A stretch of DNA of 27,687 nt, taken from NCBI RefSeq assembly GCF_006345805.1, contig NW_021833408.1:1-27687 (forward strand). The letters run 5' to 3'. The notes beneath the pieces are model-generated. The model was given only the letters and a program-made list of their open reading frames with translations, made no database searches and was not told the origin of the DNA. Position numbers and translations under genes: made by a program. Origin of the DNA: Octopus sinensis (lineage: Eukaryota). Of this stretch, positions 1 through 11,352 are shown one piece after another (position 1 is the stretch's first letter; every line of letters starts with the position of its first letter).

Positions 1-70
1 GGTACCAACTTCATTTTCCCAACTTGACATGCCATTAAGTCAGGCTGTCTTGAGATGTGAAGACAACTGT

Positions 71-499
71 GCGCAGGAGTGGCTGTGTGGTAAGTAGCTT
101 GCTACCAACCACTGGTTGTGGGTTCAGTCCCACTGCGGCATCTTGGGCAAGTGTCTTCTGCTATAGCCTCGGGTCCGACCAAAGCCTTGTGAGTGGATTT
201 GGTAGACGGAAACTGAAAGAAGCTTGTTGTATATATGTATATATAATATATGTATGTGGTGTGTATGTGTTGTGTATCGTTGTTGTCCCTCTGTCATTGC
301 TTGACAACCGATGCTGGTGTGTGTTTACGTCCCCGTCACTTAGCAGTTTGGCAAAGGACTGATAGAATAGTACTGGGCTTACAAAGAATAAGTCCCGGGG
401 TCGATTTGCTCGACTAAAGGCGGACGGTGCCCAGCATGGCCGCCAGTCAAAATGACTGAACAAGTCAAAAGAGTAAAAGGTAAAAAGAGAAAAAGAGTA
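71..499 (+). mobile_element. tRNA-headed CORE-like SINE, family A
   Basis: Matches the other copies: head GCGCAGGAGTGGCTGTGTGGTAAG, B-box-like GGTTCAGTCCC, MIR-CORE-like CTTGGGCAAGTGTCTT, internal TA/TG tract, (AAAAGAGT)n tail. Many small indels. Confidence 0.85.
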
Positions 500-851
500 T
501 GTGTTTCCTTGCCTCAACGAGCATCCATCAGCACAGCAATTGTTTCAATTTATCTTCAGCAGACGAAGCATTAAGGCATACACCGAAAGAAGAGAAGAAC
601 ACATTTATGGTGGCAGTAAAATGCTGAAACTGGAGGGGAAGTGAAAAACAACGGAGAGTGACCACCGTGGCATGAGTTAAGCTGAACGAGGGTGATGTAT
701 CTACTTGTTATGCATATGGTGTGCGTTGGTGTGGTATCTCTATCTACATGTATGTACAAATATAGATATAGATATATATATATGCTTGTATGTATGTGCA
801 AAAGAATGAAAGATAGACAAACTGAGTGACAGACAGACAGACAAGTAGTTT

Positions 852-889
852 GATAGAAAGATAGACAGAAATAGACAGAAATAGATAGG

Positions 890-925
<36 letters not shown>

Positions 926-1157
926 GTTTCTTTATTTGCCACACGGTTGAACACAGAGGGGACAAAATACAAAGTGGAGCTTTTCTTTTTGGGAAAGAAA
1001 AAGAATAGACAGATAGGGAAACTTCCCACACACTCTTTCTGTCTATCTGTCTCTCTCTCTCTGACTCTCTCCCTCTCTCTCTCTCTCTCTGTCTGTCTCT
1101 ATCTCTGTCTCTCTCTCTGTCTCTCTTTGTCTCTCTCTCTCTGTCTCTCTCTGTCTC

Positions 1158-1190
<33 letters not shown>

Positions 1191-1388
1191 AAGACAGCCA
1201 ATTCGCATACACATAAAGGCGTAGCGCTACCGAAAGAAGGATAGTGCCAGCCAGCCAGTCAGCCAACTCGCGAGCCAGCCAGCCAGCCTGACATTCAGAC
1301 ATCCAGAGAAGCAGGTAGACGACCAACCAACCAGCCAGCCAGCCAGCCAACCGGCCAGCCAACCAACCAACCAGCCAGACAGGCAGAC
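852..1388. repeat. Microsatellite cluster (GATA)n, (CT/GTCT)n, (AGCC/AACC)n
   Basis: Direct inspection: 852-922, 1036-1190 and 1246-1388. Confidence 0.95.
926..967 (-). mobile_element. Family-B 3'-tail fragment
   Basis: TTTCTTTATTTGCCACACGGTTGAACACAGAGGGGACAAAA resembles the family-B 3' end (reverse complement). Confidence 0.45.
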
Positions 1389-1740
1389 AGTCAGGCCGAC
1401 ATTCTTCTCTCATCATCTCCAACATCATTCATTCACATTGCCATCTCTACTTCGTGGCCCTGCCTCACAAAAATTTTGCCTCACCTCGTTTCTGCCCGCC
1501 CTGTCGTCCACCTCCTCCTCTTCCTCCCACGCCCCCCTCTCTCTTTCATCTAACAAAAAAAAAGACAGCAGAATAAAAACATAAAATAACTAAACAACTA
1601 CTAGAAAAAAATACCGAAAAAAAACCCGAACGTGTTCTGAAAGTTTTGGTTGGTAAAGAAAGTGCCAGTTTATAGTGATAGCTTAGGTATCGGGTTACAG
1701 TCGACTCTGACAGGAGGGAGGTGTGGGGGATGCGTTCGGG

Positions 1741-1741
<1 letters not shown>

Positions 1742-1775
<34 letters not shown>

Positions 1776-1932
1776 GTGTGTGGAGGGGGAAATGCTTTTT
1801 TTTTTCTCTCTCGAAGCGGTGGAGGAATTACAGGAGGCAAAAAATAAACACGCACGAAAATTGCAACACAAACACACACATACACACACGTGTGTGTGAA
1901 TGTCAGTGTATATATACATACATACATAATAC

Positions 1933-1992
<60 letters not shown>

Positions 1993-2012
1993 TGTGATAC
2001 GTGCGTGAGTCG

Positions 2013-2054
<42 letters not shown>

Positions 2055-2099
2055 CATACATATGCCAAAATATATATATAGATATGTTAGATTATATAT

Positions 2100-2133
<34 letters not shown>

Positions 2134-3069
2134 CGTGCGTGAGTCGTCAAATATATATATATATATACATATACATAAATATAAAAATATATATATATAG
2201 ATATGTATATATATATATATATGTGGTGTGTGGTGTGTGTGTATGTAAATACATATACACGTATGTGTGTGTGTGTGTGTGTGTATACGTATATGTATAC
2301 ACATATATGTATGTACACACACACACACACACATACACAGAGAAGCGGAGACACACAAAGCAGAACTCGATATCTTTAACGCGCTCTCTTCTATATTAGT
2401 TACCGTACCGCAGCCGCCTCCCCCCTCCCCCACCCCACCCATCTTTTATTCTTCAAGAAAGACGACGATGACGACGGGTAAGGGGGGGAAGGGGATGCCA
2501 AAACCATATTCTTCCCTCCTCTTCAACGTTTGTTATCTTTTTCACCAGTTGATCTTACCCCCACCCCTCAGTCTCTCTCTGTCTCTCTCTCTGTCTCTCT
2601 CTGTCTCTTCCTTTCTCTCTTTCTCTCTCTTTCTGGGTATCTGGCTCCTGGTTCTCTCATTCCTTAACCAAATTCTAAAACACTCACTGCCGTCCAGATT
2701 CGTCTCAGCTACTTGGGTCTTTAAATATTCAGGTGAGTTGTTTTGGGATTAACTTCGTATGTGTGAGTCTGTTGTGTGTATTTATATATACACTTGCATA
2801 TATATATATGGGTAAATGTATATATATTATGTGTGTGTGTGTGTGTGTGTTCTGATGTAATGCCTATCACATCTTTGTTCCAAGTTCGTTGTCTTTTCTT
2901 CCTATCCTTCTTTTTCTTCTTTTCTCTTCTTCCTGTCTTTGTTCCATTTTGGTAGATCCAACTTCTTCGTTTCTCACTACATCGCTTATTCTCTCGTCTT
3001 ATTCTCTCTCTCTTTGTGTGTGTATATATACACACACACACATATATATATACATACATATATGAATAC

Positions 3070-3111
<42 letters not shown>

Positions 3112-3118
3112 GTGTGTA

Positions 3119-3158
<40 letters not shown>

Positions 3159-3300
3159 ACACACATACACACTATAGATAGATGCATGTATATATATGTA
3201 TGTATACACACACATAACAGTTTATGAATGTGCATGTCCTTTCAACAAAAGGTGTGTAGCATACATACATACATATATATATATACATATATATATATAC

Positions 3301-3348
<48 letters not shown>

Positions 3349-3349
3349 A

Positions 3350-3394
<45 letters not shown>

Positions 3395-3430
3395 TATATA
3401 TATAATATGTACAGATAGATAGATAGATAG
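1742..3430. repeat. Mosaic TG/TA/CT/TATC microsatellites interspersed with unique CpG-containing DNA
   Basis: Direct inspection. Confidence 0.9.
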
Positions 3431-3769
3431 ATATAAGACTCTGTTACTTTTGTTAAGAAGTTTCAGAACCCGTCTCTCATATATTTCTATAAATATAATT
3501 GTATGCGTATATTTGGTGTTGGTTTTTATAGCCACGGGACAGTCCTTCTTCGAGCATACCTCTGCTCAAAGGAATTCCAGTTATGACAATCCTTTATTTT
3601 AGTCATTGTACGATCCAAGACATTATGCAATATACAGTTTCATTTCAAAAATGGTCACCTGTGGGCCAGAGAGAAATTTAACTGCTATTTCTGGTGAAGG
3701 GATCATCTCAGCAGAGGTTCCCTCGTTTGTTCATGTTTGTGTATTTGTGTATGTGTCTGGATGAGCATG

Positions 3770-3833
3770 TGCTTGTGTGCATGTGTGTGTGTGTGTGTGT
3801 GTGTGTGTTTGTGTGCATGTGTGTGTGTGTGTG

Positions 3834-3891
<58 letters not shown>

Positions 3892-3902
3892 ATGTGTGTG
3901 TG
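3770..3902. repeat. (TG)n microsatellite
   Basis: Direct inspection. Confidence 0.95.
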
Positions 3903-3984
3903 TAACAAACACGATCAGAAAGACATACTAATACAGATGGTGAGCTGAAAAGATTTATCTAAGATTATCCATGCAATTAAAGGA

Positions 3985-4094
3985 CAGCCGTAGAAACACT
4001 GCCAGATCAGACTGGAGCCTGGTGCAGCCTCCTGGCTTCCCAGACCCCAGTTGAACCGTCCAACCCATGCCAGCATGGAAAGCGGACGCTAAAC

Positions 4095-4128
<34 letters not shown>

Positions 4129-4156
4129 GTGATGGTGATGATGGTGGTGATGATGG

Positions 4157-4206
<50 letters not shown>

Positions 4207-4249
4207 GTGATGATGGTGGTGGTGATGATGATGATGATGATGATGATGA
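3985..4249 (+). mobile_element. RTE LINE 3' end with expanded (GAT/GGT)n tail
   Basis: GTAGAAAC...CCAACCCATGCCAGCATGGAAAGCGGACGCTAAACGATGATG matches the 3'UTR end of the 14673-16018 element. Confidence 0.85.
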
Positions 4250-4415
4250 GAACTCCGTCACAGGCTGTTTATTGAAATATTTAGAACATCATAAACAATG
4301 TAGATTGACATATCTCATTTTTATTGGGAATAGGTAAAAGTAACGGACAAGTTCCTACCTTATTGAACATCTTCAACAAAGTATATTCTACTCACTTGCC
4401 TTATATATATATATA

Positions 4416-4828
4416 GGTGCAGGAGTGGCTATGTGGTAAGTAGCTTGCCTACCAACCACATGGTTCCGGGTTCAGTCCCACTGTGTGGCATCTTGGGCAA
4501 GTGTCTTCTGCTATAGCCTCGGGCCGACCAATGCCTTGTGAGTGGATTTGGTAGACGGAAACTGAAAGAAGCCTGTTCGTATATATGTATATATATGTAT
4601 GTATTGTATGATATGTTTGTGTGTCTGTGTTTGTCCCTCTAGCATTGCTTGACAACCGATGCTGGTGTATATTACGTCCCCGTCACATAGCGGTTCGGCA
4701 AAAGAGACCGATAGAATAAGTACTGGGCTTACAAAGAATAAGTACCGGGGGCGATTTTCTCGACTAAGGGCGGTGCTCCAGCATGGCCGCAGTCAAATGA
4801 CTGAAACAAGTAAAAGAGTAAAAGAGTA
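4416..4828 (+). mobile_element. SINE family A, full length
   Basis: Near-identical to the 6536-6956 and 9727-10108 copies; TA-flanked. Confidence 0.9.
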
Positions 4829-5059
4829 GATATATATATATATATATACATATACACATATACATATATGATATATATACATATATGCATATATATATAT
4901 ATATATGTATGTATGTATATATATACATACACGTATATATATATTATATATATATGTATATATTATATATAGAATATTATATATATATATATACATACAT
5001 GTATATATATATATATACATACATGTATATATATATATGTATATATATATACATATATA

Positions 5060-5169
5060 CAAACACACACATATATATATATACACGCACACACACATAT
5101 ATGGTAAATGAAAAATGAAAGACATAAGAATTTTATTAATGTATGTATGTATGTATGTGATATAATATC

Positions 5170-5200
<31 letters not shown>

Positions 5201-5635
5201 TATTATATATATATATATAATATTGAAGGTTTGGAGATGATGTACAGACATATATATTAGAAGAAATGAGGTACTCAGAAATCTGGATGTTTTATATTTA
5301 CAGATTTTTATTAAAATGTCCATGTTTTTTATAAAATCACTTATTAGCGCTTGCTAATATAAGATTCTGGTTGCCAAGCGCTAATATGTGATTTATAAAA
5401 AACATGGGACATTTTAATAAAAATCTGTAATATAAAACCATCCAGATTCTGAGTACCTCATTTCTTCTAATAATAATGTCTGTACATCATCTCCAAACCT
5501 TCAATATATATATATATATATATAGATATGCACATACATACATACATACATTAATAAAAATTCTTGTATCTTTCATTTTTCATTTACCATAGATGTGTGT
5601 GTGTGTGTGTATATGTATGTGTGTGTGTGTGTTTA
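5060..5635. repeat. ~575-bp palindrome: outer arm - (TA)n - inner arm - 21-nt spacer - mirror
   Basis: Inner arms 5221-5353 and 5375-5506 are near-identical reverse complements. Outer arms 5101-5172 and 5521-5590 also pair, and the symmetry continues into the flanking CA/TG tracts. Confidence 0.85.
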
Positions 5636-5639
5636 TATA

Positions 5640-5649
5640 TATATTTGTA

Positions 5650-5703
<54 letters not shown>

Positions 5704-5884
5704 ATGTGTATATATATATATTATATATATATATGAGGGCAGCTGCATCGAACTCTCATGCACCAAATGGAAATTTCTAAAAAGCATTCATGAAGTAAAA
5801 TCATGTAGCAACACCAAATGGGGGTGCCCCAGCAAGGCCACAGCTTGTGAGCTGAAACTAGATAAAATAATATATATATAATAT

Positions 5885-5934
<50 letters not shown>

Positions 5935-5941
5935 ATGTATA

Positions 5942-5991
<50 letters not shown>

Positions 5992-6049
5992 GTGTTGTGT
6001 ATATATTATATATATATATATATAATATATATATAATATCATATACGTA

Positions 6050-6110
<61 letters not shown>
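5640..6110. repeat. (TA)n-rich microsatellite tracts
   Basis: Direct inspection; a short unique island lies at ~5735-5865. Confidence 0.9.
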
Positions 6111-6117
<7 letters not shown>

Positions 6118-6208
6118 CATTTTGTGAAATTGTGTGTTGAAACAGATATTGTCGTGCATCAGGATGGTCTTATTTGTCATTATTTTTTTTTTGCCAAATA
6201 AACAAACA

Positions 6209-6244
<36 letters not shown>

Positions 6245-6397
6245 TTTTCTTCACTCATTTATTACTGTTGTTTAATTATTCTAATGCCGGTCCATTATCC
6301 GGAAATCCTTCATCAAACATCTGTGACCTCTTCAGTGACACTTTTCATTTCCATGTGTATTCTTGCTCCACTTACTCTATGGAATAAGTGGACAAAG

Positions 6398-6442
6398 TGT
6401 TGCTGAAGAGGTCACAGGTGTGTGACGAAAGATTTCCAGACA
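6398..6442 (+). ncRNA. Minimal type-I hammerhead ribozyme motif
   Basis: Core CTGAAGA 6403-09, extra G 6410, perfect 6-bp stem II GTCACA/TGTGAC with GGTG loop, GAAA 6427-30. The segment A-GATT-T is self-complementary with G.U pairs, followed by C17 at 6436. Stem I TGTTG / CA(G)ACA has a 1-nt bulge. The mirror copy (core 6329-6335, minus strand) is decayed. Confidence 0.7.
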
Positions 6443-6491
6443 ATGGACATGAGTTAAAATAATAAAATAACAATGATAAATGAGTGAAGAA

Positions 6492-6522
<31 letters not shown>

Positions 6523-6535
6523 TAAGATATATATA

Positions 6536-6956
6536 GGCGCAGGAGTGGCTGTGTGGTAAGTAGCTTGTTTACCAACCACATGATTCCGGGTCCAGTCCCA
6601 CTGCGTGGCATCTTGGGCAAGTGTCTTCTGCTATAGCCCCGGGCCGACCAATGCCTTGTGAGTGGATTTGGTAGGCGGAAACTGAAAGAAGCCTGTCGTA
6701 TATATGTATATATATATATATATGTATGTGTGTGTGGGGGGGTTTGTGTGTCTGTGTTTGTCCCCCTAGCATTGCTTGACAACCGATGCTGGTGTGTTTA
6801 TGTCCCCGTCACTTAGCGGTTCGGCAAAAGAGACCGATAGAATAAGTACTGGGCTTACAAAGAATAAGTCCCGGGGTCGATTTGCTCGACTAAAGGCGGT
6901 GCTCCAGCATGGCCGCAGTCAAATGACCGAAACAAGTAAAAGAGAGTAAAAGAGTA
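6536..6956 (+). mobile_element. SINE family A, full length, nested in the fold-back element
   Basis: Full head-to-tail match; inserted in a (TA)n tract. Confidence 0.9.
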
Positions 6957-7066
6957 TATATATATATACATATATAGTGCGTGTGTTTATTTGGCAATAA
7001 AAAATAATGGTAAATAAAATGACCATCTTGAAGTACAACAATATATGTGTGTGTGTGTGTATATAT

Positions 7067-7150
7067 GTAGAAAACCATGCCAAATCAGACTGGTGTCTGG
7101 TGCAGCCTTCCAGTGTGCCAGCCCAGTCAAACCATCCAATCCATGCCAGC
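7067..7150 (+). mobile_element. RTE 3'UTR fragment
   Basis: GTAGAAAACCATGCCAAATCAGACTGG...CCATGCCAGC. Confidence 0.7.
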
Positions 7151-7228
7151 TTTGAATATTTGTCAGGGAGGGATAAAATCGATTTAGTCAGTTGAACTGA
7201 CTCCTAATACATTGTTGTTCATACTCCA

Positions 7229-7374
7229 ACATCATCGTCATCATCATTGTCATCAACATCACCATGAGCATCATCATCAACAGCATAATCATCATTGTCA
7301 TCATCATCATCATCATCATCAACACAACCATCATCATCATCATTGTTACAAACATTACTAACATCCTCTTCATC

Positions 7375-7410
<36 letters not shown>

Positions 7411-7590
7411 CTAACATCTTGCTCCTTTTCCTCCTCCTCCTCCTCCTCATCATCATCATCATCATTATTATCAACATCATTGTCATCATCGTTTGAATGT
7501 CCACTGTTCCGTGCTTGCATGGGTCCGATGAAATTTCTTGAGCCAGACATTCTCTATAGCCCGCTGTCCTTCTTGTTGCCAACCGTTGGC
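7229..7590 (-). mobile_element. RTE-type 3' end (variant) with large (CAT)n tail expansion
   Basis: (CAT/CCT)n at 7229-7490 abuts GTTTGAATGTCCACTGTTCCGTGCTTGCATGGGT, a diverged reverse complement of the RTE tail. Confidence 0.6.
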
Positions 7591-7752
7591 TTTTTCCAAG
7601 TAAAGTAATTTTTTCTCCATGACAGGACATGTTTTACACCAAAGACTAGAAATGAGCAACACTGCTTGTATAACAGTGGTACTCGTTTACAACAGTCATA
7701 TGATGTCAAGACAAAGACACACAAAAGAGCACCACATAAAAAGAACCCAGGC

Positions 7753-8170
7753 CACTCTGTAAAGTGGTTGGCATTAGGAAGGGCATCCAGCCATAGAAAC
7801 CATGCCAAACCAGTCAGCAAAGCCTGATGCAGTCCCCTCGCTTGCCAGTTCCTGTGAAATTGTTCAACCCATGCCAGCATCAAAAACGGACATTAAATGA
7901 TGATGACGACGAGCATGTAAAATGCACCAATCAAGCATGGTCAATGCCAGTGCTGCCTGACTGGCCACCATGTCGGTGGCATGTAAATACCACCTCACTA
8001 CATTCTCGGAGTGGTTGGTGTTAGGAAGGGCATCCAGCTGTAGAAACACTGCCAGATCAGATTGGAGCCTGGTGCAGCCATCTGGCTGTCCAGAACTCAG
8101 TCAAACCGTCCAACCCATGCCAGCATGGAAAGTGGATGTTAAACGATGATGATGATGATGATGATGATGA
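7753..8170 (+). mobile_element. Two tandem RTE 3' ends (7753-7910 and 7913-8170)
   Basis: Both contain GTGGTTGG(C/T)(A/G)TTAGGAAGGGCATCCAGC...ACCCATGCCAGCAT and a (GAT)n tail. Confidence 0.85.
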
Positions 8171-8281
8171 TATATACAACAGGCTTCTTTTATTTCCCAT
8201 CTACCAAATCCACTCACAAGACTCTGGTCAGCCCAGGGCTACAATAGAAGAATCTTGCCCAAGGGGCCACGCAGTGGGACT
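8171..8281 (-). mobile_element. SINE family A, 5'-half fragment
   Basis: CTACCAAATCCACTCACAAG...CTTGCCCAAGG...GCAGTGGGACT is the reverse complement of the family-A 5' half. Confidence 0.75.
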
Positions 8282-8332
8282 TCTTCTGGAATGGGGAAAG
8301 AGAAAGTTTTGCTTTCCCTTTTTTTTTTACAG

Positions 8333-8377
8333 CTGGACATCCTCCCTTCTGGTTCCTAATCTTAATTCATTTTTCAA
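8333..8377 (+). other. Candidate 45-nt internal exon of an unidentified host gene
   Basis: Long pyrimidine tract + ACAG (AG at 8331-32), then 45 nt with two open frames, then GTAAGT (8378-83). Confidence 0.35.
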
Positions 8378-8456
8378 GTAAGTGAGTCTTCCTTCCAATC
8401 ATCTTCAAAAAGTAGAACTACCAGAAGAATTGTTGACAAAGATACATCAATAAACT

Positions 8457-8659
8457 TGGTTCCGAGTTCAGTTCCACTGCATGGCACCTTGGGCAAGTGT
8501 TTTCTGCTATAACCTCAGGCCAACCAAAGCCTTGTGAGTGGATTTGGTAGACAGAAACTGAAAGAAGCCCGTCGTATACATATATATATATTATATATTA
8601 TATATATATATATTGTGTGTGTGTGTGTGTGTGGTGTGTGTGTGTGTGTGTGTGTGTGT

Positions 8660-8697
<38 letters not shown>

Positions 8698-8887
8698 ATG
8701 TGCTTGTGTGTCTATGTTTGTCCCCCCACCATTGCTTGACAACCAATGTTGGTGTGCTTGCTTCACTATAACTTAGCAGTTCAGCAAACCAGACCGAAAG
8801 AATAAGTACTAGGCTCACAAAGAATAAGTCCTGGGCCCACTTTGTTTGACCAAAGGCAGTGCTCCAGCATGGCTGCAGTCAAATGAC
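8457..8887 (+). mobile_element. SINE family A, 5'-truncated and diverged
   Basis: Starts near the B-box (GGTTCCGAGTTCAGTTCCACTGC) and runs through GCAGTCAAATGAC. Confidence 0.85.
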
Positions 8888-8945
8888 AGAGCATCTTTTT
8901 TGTGCCTGGCAGGGTAACTTTTTTGCAATACAAACCTTCTCACAA

Positions 8946-9256
8946 GTGTGGCTGTGTGGTTAAGGAGTTTGCTTTGCAGGCATTGTGGTTGTAGGTTCAA
9001 ACCTACTGCATGGCACCTTGGGTAAGAGAGAGTTTTTCATTGCTATAATTCACAGGCCAACCAAGGCCTTGAGAGTGGAATTGGTAGATGGAAAGCATGT
9101 CTAGTCATGGGGGTGGGGGAACATTACCTTGCTTGGAAACACAGGTGAGGCTTGGTGACAGGAAGGGTGCCTGCCTATGAAAAAGTGTCTCCCTCAACAT
9201 ATTCCATCTGACCCATGCAAACGTTGAAAAGTGGACGTTAAAACGATGACGATGAT
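8946..9256 (+). mobile_element. SINE with family-A-like head and RTE-LINE-like 3' tail (family C)
   Basis: Head GTGGCTGTGTGGTTAAG...GGTTCAAACC...CACCTTGGGTAAG. After GTAGATGGAAA it diverges from family A and ends ACCCATGCAAACGTTGAAAAGTGGACGTTAAAACGATGACGATGAT, like the RTE 3' ends. Confidence 0.65.
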
Positions 9257-9650
9257 AAAGAGGAGGAGGATGTCAGTGGTGATGAGGGGAGGGGGAGGAT
9301 GAGGGTGTTGATGAGGAGGAGGAGGAGGATACTGATGATGATGATGAAAAGGAGGAAGGGGAGGATGTTGATAATGACGATGATGATGATGGTGACAATG
9401 ATTATGGTGGTGATGATGATGAGGAGGAAGAGGAGGAGAAGGGTATCAATGATGATGAGAGGAAGGGGAGGATGAGGGTGTTGATGATGATGATGATGAT
9501 GAAAAGGATGCTGCTGATGATTAGGAGGAGGAGGATATTGATGATGTTGAAAAGAAGGAAGAAGGGGAGGATGTGAATGATGATGATGATGATGACAATG
9601 ATGATTATGGTGATGATGATGAGGATGATGATGAGGAGGAGGAAGCAAAC
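9245..9650 (+). repeat. (GAT/GAG)n array with ~190-bp higher-order duplication
   Basis: GGAGGATGAGGGTGTTGATGA, GAAGGGGAGGATGT and GACAATGATTATGGTG each recur once; the array follows the family-C SINE tail. Confidence 0.85.
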
Positions 9651-9726
9651 AATGTTGAAGAATGAACAAATATAATATGGAATTATTAGGGGTCAGTTCA
9701 TTTCATTATGTCAAGCTCATCATATA

Positions 9727-10108
9727 GGCGCAGGAGTGGCTGTGTGGTAAGTAGCTTGCTAACCAACCACATGGTTCTGGGTTCAGTCCCACTGCGTGGC
9801 ATCTTGGGCAAGTGTCTTCTGCTATAGCCCCGGGCCGACCAATGCCTTGTGAGTGGATCTGGTAGATGGAAACTGAAAGAAGCCTGTCGTATATATGTAT
9901 ATATGTGTGAGTGTGTCTGTGTTTGTCCCCCTAGCATTGCTTGACAACCGATGCTTGTGTGTTTACGTTCCCGTCACTTAGCGGTTCGGCAAAAGAGACC
10001 GATAGAATAAGTACTGGGCTTACAAAGAATAAGTCCCGGGGTCGATTTGCTCAACTAAAGGCGGTGCTCCAGCATGGCCGCAGTCAAATGACTGAAACAA
10101 GTAAAAGA
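9727..10108 (+). mobile_element. SINE family A, full length
   Basis: Full match to the other copies. Confidence 0.9.
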
Positions 10109-10405
10109 AAGATAGAAAATAAAATGTGTGTGTGTGTGTGTGTGGTAGGGAAGCCATTGAATGATTCAATGATAACCAACAAGAGTAACCAAAGTAACTG
10201 ATTCTCAGATATTCCTGGCATGAACAATGGAATAGGAATAACCTATCTCTGAGCATTGACTAAATGGTTTGGATTACATTTCTGAGAGTCTTTCATAGAA
10301 AGAATATGGTTGGTAACAGAAGAAGGTTGGTGAGTACAAGTTGAAATGGTCTGCCGATAACAACAAGGATGAAAACATTCGTTCAAATATAATATGATAT
10401 AATGA

Positions 10406-10534
10406 TAGATAGGTAGACAGACAGATAGATTGATAGATAGATAGGTAGGTAGATAGATAGACAGACAGACAGACAGATAGGTAGGCAGACAGACAGGTAG
10501 ACAGATAGATAGACAGATAGACAGATGGGTAGAC

Positions 10535-10569
<35 letters not shown>

Positions 10570-10766
10570 GGCAGGCAGGCTGATAGATAGACAGACAGGT
10601 AGACAGATAGACAGGCAGGCAGGTAGGTAGGCAGGTTGGTAGGTAGTAAGACAGACGGATAGATTGATAGATAGATAGGTAGGTAGATAGATAGACAGAC
10701 AGACAGAGAGACAGATAGGCAGACAGACAGATAGATAGATAGAGAGAGAGAAACAGACAGACAGAC

Positions 10767-10825
<59 letters not shown>

Positions 10826-10860
10826 TAGATAGAGAGACAGACAGACAGACAGATAGATAA
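10406..10860. repeat. (GATA/GACA/GA)n tetranucleotide array
   Basis: Direct inspection. Confidence 0.95.
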
Positions 10861-11020
10861 ACAAATAAATGGAGAAATAAAAAGATAGATGGGTGGATAA
10901 ATGAGAGAAAATGGAATGAAAGAGGTTCTTTATTTTAAAACCACTACAATTGTTTCAACACATTTCTACACCTGTAGTACATTTGTGAGACGTACAGTTG
11001 TAATAATTGTCCTCCATCCA

Positions 11021-11352
11021 AACTGTATGGAATTTCTACCTACACCTTTTCTACATATTGAGCAGAGCCATTTCCCTGAAGGAATTCAGCATAGAGGAGC
11101 TCTCAGGGACAACCAGTCTTAAATTCATCTTTTATGGCCTGGAGGACTATGATAAATAAGGGTTGGGGAGAGAACCAGTCCTTGGTGAACTCCTACCTAC
11201 ACCCTAAATTTGTTGCTGTGTTCATTGCCGACTTTCACCTTACAGACAGCATTCCTGTACATGGCTTGGATGGCTCTCACCAACCACTCATCAAGCCCTG
11301 GCTGGAGCAAGGGGTAGATGAGGGACCCTGTTACAGAATTTTTCCATGTTGA
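11021..11352 (-). pseudogene. RTE-clade LINE reverse-transcriptase fragment, internally deleted
   Basis: Minus-strand frames give VNMEK..., DEWLVRAIQAMYRNAVCKVKVG, VGVHQGLVLSP, FIIVLQAI..FKTGCP*ELLYA, then jump directly to KWLCSICRKGVGRNSI. Same family as 14673-16018. Confidence 0.85.

Larger units (their letters stand above)
6146..7045. mobile_element. Diverged fold-back element: outer arm - (TA)n - inner hammerhead arm | mirror, with a SINE-A inserted in the right TA tract
   Basis: Inner arms 6243-6377 and 6382-6500 are imperfect reverse complements around a TATG loop. Outer arms 6146-6212 and 6976-7045 also pair. Confidence 0.75.

Noticed and set aside
3545-3580. GAGCA-N6-TGCTC hairpin followed by GAAG on the minus strand, as a possible hammerhead
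   Set aside because: No CTGANGA core at the required position and no stem I or stem III support.
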